From positions 1 through 23,835 of the forward strand of contig JBDRRF010000026.1 of the NCBI GenBank assembly GCA_043825875.1: a stretch of DNA of 23,835 bases, read 5' to 3'. This document shows positions 16,613 through 23,835 of the stretch, one piece after another. Every line of letters starts with the position of its first letter. Within the stretch, counting starts at the first letter, position 1. The stretch comes from Pseudomonadota bacterium. GTDB lineage: Bacteria > Desulfobacterota > Desulfobacteria > Desulfobacterales > RPRI01. Below the pieces are notes generated by a model. The model made no database searches. It saw only the letters and a program-made list of their open reading frames with translations, and was not told the origin of the DNA. The position numbers and the translations under genes are program-made.

Positions 16613-16922
16613 TTCGTAAAAGTCAAAAAATCAGCTTTTACGAAACCGTCAAATTGATAATTTCATAAAAAACATAAATGGCTTTTATTCGTTATTCCGG
16701 CGAAGAGCATTTGGTGTAATTAGAATAAATGTAATTCCGAAGGTATGTGAGGAATCTTAATATGCTAAACTTATTGAAACCAAGATTTCTCGCTTCGCTT
16801 CGAAATGACACAATATTGAATTACTAAACAGTCTCGAAAACCGGTATCCTGTAAATTCATTGTGTTCCGGATGCCGGATCGAATTTGGCATGACGTATTT
16901 GGGGTTACTTATAAAGCCGTTA
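16613..16922. repeat. Degenerate nested palindromic repeats (MITE/REP-like)
   Basis: TTCGTAAAAG/CTTTTACGAA (16613-16644); TGTAATTCCGAAG/CTTCGAAATGACA (16730-16810); GAGGAATCTT/AAGATTTCTC; CCGGTATCC/GGATGCCGG. Confidence 0.65.
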
Positions 16923-16969
16923 ATGCTGATTGACCATCTTTGATTAAAAAGGACTATAAAAACAACTAT

Positions 16970-17647
16970 ATGGCCACAGTCAGGATAAATCTACATAATG
17001 TTATATATATTTCCTATCTGGTACCTGCGGATCGCATACGCCCTTTTGTGCCTCATGTCCTGAATCTTGTGCCCGATGAAAATAATAAGGTTTATATCTC
17101 ATTTGTAGCCATGGAATGTAGGCAGACACGACTTTCGGCTTTTCCGTTTATTAAATTTTCTTATCAACAATTAAATTTGCGCACATATGTTTCAGATCCA
17201 AAAACAGGTGATTTGGCAGTTTATTTTTTTAACAGTGGTGTTTCTCTTGGTTTCATATCAGTACTTACAAGATTAATTGGAATTGCCTGGGAAAAGATAA
17301 CTTTTAATTTAAATAAAGGCTATGATGGAAAATACAATGCAACCGGTTACTGGCTGGGAGATTTTAATTTTGAAATCGATACCGCATTATCAAAAGAGTT
17401 AAATAATTCTACCGTTTCACATATAACAAACCCTATGATGGGTTTTATAGGACCTGAAGGAAAAACACGAAGTTTTAAAATATATCATAAGGCGCTTAAA
17501 GTATATTCTGCTGTTTTAAATAAAATTAAATTTCCACTTCCGGAAGAAAAAGGTTTTATTACCTACAAAGAACTTACCAATCCTGACAGCGTGCTTATGG
17601 TGCCCGAAGCAGAATTTATTATATTTCTGCCGCCGTCAAAAGTTTAA
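16970..17647 (+). CDS. DUF2071 (YqjF-like) protein
   Basis: ISYLVPADRIRPFVP, YISFVA, QLNLRTYV, VYFF; start uncertain (16940 or 16970). Confidence 0.75.
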   Translation: MATVRINLHNVIYISYLVPADRIRPFVPHVLNLVPDENNKVYISFVAMECRQTRLSAFPFIKFSYQQLNLRTYVSDPKTGDLAVYFFNSGVSLGFISVLTRLIGIAWEKITFNLNKGYDGKYNATGYWLGDFNFEIDTALSKELNNSTVSHITNPMMGFIGPEGKTRSFKIYHKALKVYSAVLNKIKFPLPEEKGFITYKELTNPDSVLMVPEAEFIIFLPPSKV

Positions 17648-17667
17648 TTTATTCTAAGGAGAATCGT

Positions 17668-18105
17668 ATGATAATTACTGAAATTGTAATTGCAGCTGTT
17701 GTTGCCGGTATTATAATGGGATTAGCTACAGAAATCGGATACCGGCTTGGCTTAATCCAGGCCAATCTTCTTACAGTTGATGGAGAATTTGCGGTTAAAC
17801 TTTCAGGGCTAAAACAAAACACAGGTCTTGTTTATTTTGCCGGGGCTGTTGTACATCTTGCAACCAGCGCGTCCTTTGGGGTGGTATTATATTTTATTAC
17901 TAAAATACTTGAAGTAGATGCATCTTCAATTATAATTATTGCAGCTTATGTTTTTGCTTTATGGCTTTCCATGCTGTTTCTCGCATTGCCGGTAGCAGGA
18001 CATGGAATACTGGGAAGGCGGTTGGGCGGTTCGGTCTGGGTAGAACAATTAATTCTTCATATCATTTTTGCTCTCGGGTTATGGTCAATGCTTTATATTT
18101 TCTAA
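17668..18105 (+). CDS. Hypothetical 4-TM membrane protein
   Basis: Four hydrophobic helices, two with a His; AAGGAG RBS. Confidence 0.8.
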   Translation: MIITEIVIAAVVAGIIMGLATEIGYRLGLIQANLLTVDGEFAVKLSGLKQNTGLVYFAGAVVHLATSASFGVVLYFITKILEVDASSIIIIAAYVFALWLSMLFLALPVAGHGILGRRLGGSVWVEQLILHIIFALGLWSMLYIF

Positions 18106-18130
18106 CAATTAACAATATCGGAGGTATTCT

Positions 18131-18877
18131 ATGAAAAATCTAATAAAAATTTCATGCATGGCTTTGATGATCTTAATTCTCATAATAAGTTGCTCAATTG
18201 CAGGAGATTCATGGTGGGAAAAAGGATTAAATATTTTAACAAATTCCAGCGAAACCGGTACAACGCAAGAACCAGCCACGGCAGATATAGGAAAAGCATT
18301 TAAAGAAGCGCTTAGCATAGGATCACAAAATGTTGTAAAACAGCTCGGAAAAGCAGATGGATTTAATGCCGACCCCGAAATTCATATTCCTTTACCCGCA
18401 GAGTTTAATACAATAAAAAAAATGTTAGGTAAAGTCGGTATGTCATCAATGGTAGATGATCTTGAATTAAAACTTAACAGAGCAGCTGAAGCAGCTACAC
18501 CCAAGGCAAAAGATCTTTTCATGCAGTCAATAAAAGAAATGACATTTGATGATGTACAAGCTATCTATAATGGCCCTCAAGATTCTGCTACAAAATATTT
18601 TAAAAGCAAAATGTCTCCGTCATTGAAAGAAGAATTCAAGCCAATTGTTGAAAAAAGTCTTTCAGAAGTAGGAGCGGTTCAGGCTTATGATAATGTAATG
18701 GGGCAATATAAAACTTTGCCGTTTGTACCTGATGTAAAATCCAATCTTACAAACCATGTTATTGAAAAAGGAACAGACGGCATTTTTTATTATCTTGCAA
18801 AAGAAGAAGCCGCAATCCGTAAAGATCCTGTGAAACAGACAACAGCATTGTTGAAACAAGTATTTGGCGCAAAATAA
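18131..18877 (+). CDS. DUF4197 family exported protein
   Basis: Signal peptide; KEALSIG, LNRAAEAA, DSATKYF, EEAAIRKDPV. Confidence 0.9.
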   Translation: MKNLIKISCMALMILILIISCSIAGDSWWEKGLNILTNSSETGTTQEPATADIGKAFKEALSIGSQNVVKQLGKADGFNADPEIHIPLPAEFNTIKKMLGKVGMSSMVDDLELKLNRAAEAATPKAKDLFMQSIKEMTFDDVQAIYNGPQDSATKYFKSKMSPSLKEEFKPIVEKSLSEVGAVQAYDNVMGQYKTLPFVPDVKSNLTNHVIEKGTDGIFYYLAKEEAAIRKDPVKQTTALLKQVFGAK

Positions 18878-18886
18878 ATCAGCTTG

Positions 18887-19786
18887 ATGGAAAATTTCAT
18901 TGTAATAATAACTTATTTGCTTATAGGCATGGCTTTAAGGCGTATTCCCGTATTTCCCGCTGACACAGGAAATGTATTAAATTTATTTGTAATTTATATA
19001 TCTCTACCGGCTTTGGTTCTGTTAAATATTCCCGAACTTATTTTTTCCAAAGCTTTATTGGTTCCTGCTTTAATGCCGTGGGGAACTTTACTGCTTTCCT
19101 GTGTTGCAGTAATTCTATCATCAAAAATATTTAAATGGGATCGCCCTACTACAGGGTGTCTCCTTCTTTTGATACCTCTCGGAAATACTTCTTTTCTCGG
19201 AATCCCGATGGTTAAAGCATTTTTCGGAGATCAGGGTGTACCATATGCAGTATTATATGATCAACTGGGATCTTTTCCGGCCCTGGTTACCTATGGATCA
19301 TTGATTCTTGCTTTATATGGTACGCAAGGGATTAAACCAACTACAATAAGTGTGCTTAAAAAGGTTATTACGTTTCCACCATTTATCGCGTTGGTAATAG
19401 CATTTGCTTTCAGGCCTTTTTCTTACCCGTCTATATTAGTTAATTTGTTAAAAGTGCTTTCTTCCACTCTTGTGCCGGTTGTGATGATTGCCGTAGGCTT
19501 TCAACTGGTTTTGCGCTTAAACAAAAAAATTACTTCTCAGCTTGGTATCGGACTTTTTTTGAAACTGATTTTAATTCCTTTAGCCGCCATATTAATTTGT
19601 AAGATCGGAGGGCTTGAGGGAAAAGCCGTTCAGGTTTCTATATTTGAAGCCGGAATGCCACCAATGGTTTCAGCCGGAGCTTTGGCAATTTTGGCTGATC
19701 TGTCTCCCGCTTTAACTGCCGCACTGGTAGGGATTGGAATTATCGTGAGTTTTGCTACATTGCCCTTGCTTTATCAATTATTATAG
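18887..19786 (+). CDS. AEC (auxin efflux carrier) family transporter
   Basis: ISLPAL, GNTSFLGIP, VLYDQLG, EAGMPP; multiple TM segments. Confidence 0.9.
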   Translation: MENFIVIITYLLIGMALRRIPVFPADTGNVLNLFVIYISLPALVLLNIPELIFSKALLVPALMPWGTLLLSCVAVILSSKIFKWDRPTTGCLLLLIPLGNTSFLGIPMVKAFFGDQGVPYAVLYDQLGSFPALVTYGSLILALYGTQGIKPTTISVLKKVITFPPFIALVIAFAFRPFSYPSILVNLLKVLSSTLVPVVMIAVGFQLVLRLNKKITSQLGIGLFLKLILIPLAAILICKIGGLEGKAVQVSIFEAGMPPMVSAGALAILADLSPALTAALVGIGIIVSFATLPLLYQLL

Positions 19787-19953
19787 CTTTAATTGAGATG
19801 GATACTTTATATCCGCAATATATTACATGTCCACAAATTATGTATACACGTTATCCATAACCTTTTTATATTTATAACAGGTACCACTATTTTAAACCAG
19901 ATAAAACACTGTCTATTAAATAAGTTATAAACAATTAAAGTGCTGAAAAATAA

Positions 19954-19970
19954 TTGGCATATTGATTGCT
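19954..19970 (+). promoter_or_regulatory. sigma54 (-24/-12) promoter for the efflux operon
   Basis: TTGGCATATTGATTGCT, with GG (19956-57) and GC (19968-69) correctly spaced. Confidence 0.7.
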
Positions 19971-20019
19971 ATATTAAAAGTAAAATTAAGGAAGAATAGA
20001 TAAAAAACATATGACCTTA

Positions 20020-20161
20020 GAGCCACTTTCAAAACGTTTCAGTTTGGTCAAGCTCAAGGCGGGAGAAAATTTCAACCACAGGAATACATTAAGTATTTCG
20101 AGGATTGAAATTTGAGCCCAACGCAGAGATCGGCCAAAATGGGACGTTTTGAAACTGGCTC
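20020..20161 (+). mobile_element. 142-bp MITE, copy B
   Basis: TIR GAGCCACTTTCAAAACGT/ACGTTTTGAAACTGGCTC (17/18); TSD CTTA at 20016-20019 and 20162-20165. Confidence 0.9.
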
Positions 20162-20200
20162 CTTACAATTCAAATTATATTTTCTTATGAGTTTAAAACT

Positions 20201-21556
20201 ATGAAACCTCTGATAAAGCGTAGCATTATTACAGTTTTGGTTTTGGGGCTTGCCATTATTGCTATTGTCATATTTTTCAAAAAAAGCAACGGTCAGCCTG
20301 TTTCATATCGTACCGAAAAAATTAAGCGAGGCGAACTTCTGGTTACCATCAGCGCTACCGGCACGATAGAACCTGAGGAAGTAATAGATGTAGGCGCCCA
20401 GGTAGCCGGTCGAATATTAAAATTCGGTAAAGACAAGAATAATAAAACAATAGATTATGGGTCGGTTATTGAAGAAGGGACAATACTGGCCGAAATCGAT
20501 GACTCTCTTTATGCCTCTGATGTAGTTCAGGCTGAAGCTCAGGTGCAGCAATCCAAGGCTTCTCTTGCACGAGCCAGGGCCGATATCGAGCAGGCAAAAG
20601 CAAAACTTTACCAGGCAAAGCGCGACTGGGAACGGGCGCAAAAACTTGGCCCTTCGGAAGCTTTGGCACAAACCACTTATGATGCGTATAAATCAAATTA
20701 TGAAACAGCAGAGGCAAACCTTGGTGTAGGCCAGGCAACGATTGAACAGGCTGTAGCTGCTGTGGCTCAATCTGAGGCGGCTTTAAAACGCGTTAAACGG
20801 AATCTTGGATATTGCACGATAAAATCTCCGGTTAAAGGTGTTATTATCGACAGGAGAGTTAATATCGGCCAAACTGTTGTCGCAAGCCTGAATGCTCCCA
20901 GCCTTTTTCTGATTGCAAAAGATTTAAAACGCATGCAGGTATGGGTTGCCGTTAATGAGGCAGATATCGGAAAAATTCATCCCGGTCAGAAAGTTAGCTT
21001 TACTGTAGATGCCTTTCCTGGAGAAGTATTTCAAGGAGAAGTCGGCAAAGTGCGTCTTAACGCATCCATGAGCCAGAATGTTGTTACTTATACTGTGGAG
21101 ATTATAACTGATAATTCAAACGGACGACTTCTTCCATATCTAACTGCTAATGTTCAGTTTGTATTAAACCATATCAAAAATGTCATGCTGGTGCCAAACG
21201 CTGCTCTGCGCTGGACGCCAAGCTCCGGGCAGGTTGATCCGAAATTCCGTAATCTTCTTAAAACGCCCTCATCTGATAAAAAAGATCAGGATGAAGCTTT
21301 AAAGAACAGTAATAACAATGGATTAAAGGTTCCAAACGGCAAAAAGAAAGGTACTGTATGGGTCATTTACTCCGAAAACACAGTTGAACCAATACAGATA
21401 AGTGTTGGAACCAGTGATGGTGTTGTAACAGAAATCGAAGGTAATGGCCTTGTGGAAGGACTTGAAGTTGTTTTGGGTCAACAGACTCAAACAAACGACA
21501 ATATTGGAGGAAGTTCTAATCCATTTGTTCCTAATTTTCATAAAAGCAGACGGTAA
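20201..21556 (+). CDS. MacA-like periplasmic adaptor (membrane fusion protein)
   Basis: N-terminal TM, ISATGTIEP, VGAQVAG, coiled coil, IKSPVKGVIIDR, VNEADIG, VPNAALR. Confidence 0.93.
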   Translation: MKPLIKRSIITVLVLGLAIIAIVIFFKKSNGQPVSYRTEKIKRGELLVTISATGTIEPEEVIDVGAQVAGRILKFGKDKNNKTIDYGSVIEEGTILAEIDDSLYASDVVQAEAQVQQSKASLARARADIEQAKAKLYQAKRDWERAQKLGPSEALAQTTYDAYKSNYETAEANLGVGQATIEQAVAAVAQSEAALKRVKRNLGYCTIKSPVKGVIIDRRVNIGQTVVASLNAPSLFLIAKDLKRMQVWVAVNEADIGKIHPGQKVSFTVDAFPGEVFQGEVGKVRLNASMSQNVVTYTVEIITDNSNGRLLPYLTANVQFVLNHIKNVMLVPNAALRWTPSSGQVDPKFRNLLKTPSSDKKDQDEALKNSNNNGLKVPNGKKKGTVWVIYSENTVEPIQISVGTSDGVVTEIEGNGLVEGLEVVLGQQTQTNDNIGGSSNPFVPNFHKSRR

Positions 21557-21564
21557 AAATACAT

Positions 21565-22311
21565 ATGGAACTAATCGAGTTAGAGAACATTTACAAAACC
21601 TACCATATAGGCGAAATTGATGTTGAAGTACTAAAAGGCGTTTCAATGCAGATTAAAACCGGAGAGTTAGTTGCCCTTATGGGGGCATCCGGCTCTGGTA
21701 AAAGCACTTTGATGAATATACTTGGTTGTCTGGATAGACCGACATCAGGAAAATACCTGCTTGAAGGACAAGATGTCGGGAAAATATCTGCTGATGAACG
21801 CGCTCTTATAAGAAACAAAAAAATGGGGTTTGTGTTTCAAAGCTTCAATCTGCTTGCCCGTGCCAGTGCCGTGGAAAATGTCGCTATGCCTCTAACCTAC
21901 ACAACAGATTCGATATCTGATGGAAAGGCGCGTAAAAGAGCAATAGAAATGTTAAGCCGCGTAGGATTGCAGGACAGGCTTGATCATGAGCCGTCAAAGC
22001 TTTCAGGAGGACAGCAGCAGCGTGTGGCAATTGCAAGGGCGTTGATTAACCACCCACCTGTTCTTTTTGCCGATGAACCTACCGGAAATCTGGATTCAAA
22101 TACCAGTACCGAGGTCCTTGAAATGTTTCGCCAACTGAATATAGAAGATAAGATTACTATAGTGCTTGTTACTCATGATGCCGCTGTAGCGAAATATGCC
22201 GATCGGATTATTCGCATAAATGATGGTGTAATAGTAAATGAAATATCGGATCAGGAAGATACTGAACTTTTAACTCCTGTCGATTCTCTGCAAATTAATG
22301 AGGTTGTATGA
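21565..22311 (+). CDS. MacB/LolD-type ABC ATP-binding protein
   Basis: GASGSGKST, FVFQSFNL, LSGGQQQRVAIAR, ADEPTGNLD, VTHD. Confidence 0.95.
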   Translation: MELIELENIYKTYHIGEIDVEVLKGVSMQIKTGELVALMGASGSGKSTLMNILGCLDRPTSGKYLLEGQDVGKISADERALIRNKKMGFVFQSFNLLARASAVENVAMPLTYTTDSISDGKARKRAIEMLSRVGLQDRLDHEPSKLSGGQQQRVAIARALINHPPVLFADEPTGNLDSNTSTEVLEMFRQLNIEDKITIVLVTHDAAVAKYADRIIRINDGVIVNEISDQEDTELLTPVDSLQINEVV

Positions 22312-23675
22312 AAGCCCATCGCACAATAAAGATCGCTCTTCAAGCTCTTTTACGCAATCCAATGCGGGCAATGCTTACAACTCTTGGAATTGTTATAGGT
22401 GTTGGTGCTGTTATTGCCATGATGGAAATAGGAAACGGCTCCTCTTCTGCAATTAAAAAATCAGTTGCCAGTATGGGTGCTAATACTATCCTCGTCCGAC
22501 CCGGAACCGCATCCAGCGGAGGTATAAGTTTCGGTTCCGGTAGCGCTATGACTCTTACGTCTGAAGACAGTGATGCTATAATACGTGAATGCCCTTCCGT
22601 TTTAACTGCTGCTCCTGTGGTGCGTGCCCGGGCTCAGGTGGTTTACGGCAATCGTAACTGGGTTCCCTCATCCATTTATGGAACTACCCCGGAATTTCTT
22701 ACCGTGCGTGATTGGACTACATTTTCGGAAGGAGAAGTATTTGACAATCGTGATGTGCTTAACGCCAATAAAGTTTGCGTTCTTGGCCAAACCATAGTCA
22801 GGGAGTTATTTGAAGGCAAATCACCCATAGGAAAGGAAATCCGCATCAAGAATGTATCATTCAGGGTGGTCGGTGTGCTTTCCGCCAAAGGGGCAAATAT
22901 GATGGGACATGATCAGGATGATACCATTATTGCCCCGTGGACGACAATAAAATACAGAGTTACAGGCTCGACTCTTGGTAATGTCAACCAAAGCAGTTCC
23001 GGTACTGCCTCATCCGTGAATTCGATCAGCAGTCTGTACCCGGGAGATCCTCCCAGTTTATATCCTGAACAATCATCCGTTCAGGTTGCTAATAATCCTA
23101 TGCCAATACGCTTTGCCAATATAGACCAGATTATGATAGCTGCGGCTTCTACAGCTCAAATTCCTGAGGCTATTAGCCAGATGACACAAGTGCTTCGTGA
23201 ACGTCACCGTATAAGGAATGGAGAAGCGGATGACTTTAATATCAGAAACATGAGTGAGATTATCGATACGCTTTCTTCAACAACAAGAATGATGACCAAT
23301 CTGTTGCTAAGTGTGGCACTGATTTCACTAATTGTAGGCGGAGTCGGGATAATGAACATAATGCTGGTATCGGTCACCGAGAGAACCCGTGAGATAGGTT
23401 TGAGAATGGCTGTCGGTGCCAGAGCTCGAGATATTTTAAGACAGTTTCTTGTAGAATCTATCGTACTTTGTCTTGTTGGAGGAGGCTTAGGAATTGCGCT
23501 GGGTCATGGCGGTTCCAAGCTTGTAAATTTTTTTCTTAAATGGCCTGTTGAAAATTCTCCCGGAGCAATTGCTGCAGCTATATTGGTGTCTGCCGCCGTT
23601 GGCATTGTTTTCGGATATTATCCTGCATGGAGGGCATCACGTCTTGATCCTATTGAGGCACTTCGCTATGAATAA
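22308..23675 (+). CDS. MacB/FtsX-type ABC permease
   Basis: LTTLGIVIGV, GGVGIMNIMLVSVTERTREIGLRMAVGA, PAWRASRLDPIEALRYE. Confidence 0.95.
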   Translation: MKAHRTIKIALQALLRNPMRAMLTTLGIVIGVGAVIAMMEIGNGSSSAIKKSVASMGANTILVRPGTASSGGISFGSGSAMTLTSEDSDAIIRECPSVLTAAPVVRARAQVVYGNRNWVPSSIYGTTPEFLTVRDWTTFSEGEVFDNRDVLNANKVCVLGQTIVRELFEGKSPIGKEIRIKNVSFRVVGVLSAKGANMMGHDQDDTIIAPWTTIKYRVTGSTLGNVNQSSSGTASSVNSISSLYPGDPPSLYPEQSSVQVANNPMPIRFANIDQIMIAAASTAQIPEAISQMTQVLRERHRIRNGEADDFNIRNMSEIIDTLSSTTRMMTNLLLSVALISLIVGGVGIMNIMLVSVTERTREIGLRMAVGARARDILRQFLVESIVLCLVGGGLGIALGHGGSKLVNFFLKWPVENSPGAIAAAILVSAAVGIVFGYYPAWRASRLDPIEALRYE

Positions 23676-23810
23676 AAAAAACGCGATTAATATACCCAAG
23701 ATCCGCGATTAGCAGTATTATTCATGAAATAAATATTGAAAAACCTCGTTGATTCAAATAGATATGAGTTAGTAAGACAACATAACAATTTAACCAACGA
23801 GGTTATAAGC

Positions 23811-23835
23811 ATGATAAAACAAACTGTGTTACCGT
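23811..23835 (+). CDS. Start of next CDS (MIKQTVLP...), possibly an IS1380-family transposase
   Basis: GAGG RBS and ATG. The N-terminus resembles IS1380 transposases as I recall them, and CCTCGTTGATTCAAA at 23744 could be an IS end. Only 8 codons visible. Confidence 0.35.

Noticed and set aside
19828..19860. DnaA boxes or replication origin (TTATCCATA, TGTCCACA)
   Set aside because: Only imperfect matches and no origin context; could be activator sites for the sigma54 promoter, but unsupported

Overview
AT-rich bacterial window. Gene content, repeat types and a Sec codon suggest an anaerobic Desulfobacterales-like organism (inference). 1-9.4 kb is a mobile mosaic. Two near-identical RAYT-like HUH (Y1) transposase copies carry 24-bp terminal inverted repeats and tandemly duplicated ends. 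They flank a cargo: Sel1-repeat lipoprotein, a ~180-bp hairpin holding two inverted dif-like (Xer) sites and split in its loop by a complete IS66 (8-bp TSD), a YefM/YoeB toxin-antitoxin pair, and an RstR-like repressor. Cassette-like genes follow (YkgJ, spermidine-synthase-like MTase, membrane protein, Phd/RelE TA), some separated by degenerate attC-like hairpins. 9.5-14.6 kb is a redox/sulfur-selenium cluster: LOG protein, 1-Cys Tpx lipoprotein, SelD-N-terminal-type FAD oxidoreductase, a DsrE-family selenoprotein cut short by the ORF track (UGA-80 in a U-x-x-C motif with SECIS-like hairpin), sterol-desaturase-family protein and rhodanese-rubrerythrin fusion. 14.6-23.8 kb holds housekeeping and envelope genes (PNPOx-like, TIGR01777, SRPBCC, DUF2071, DUF4197, AEC transporter, MacAB-like exporter with a sigma54-type promoter), two 142-bp MITE copies with 4-bp TSDs and a nested repeat. 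All family calls come from motif recognition by eye; no searches were run.
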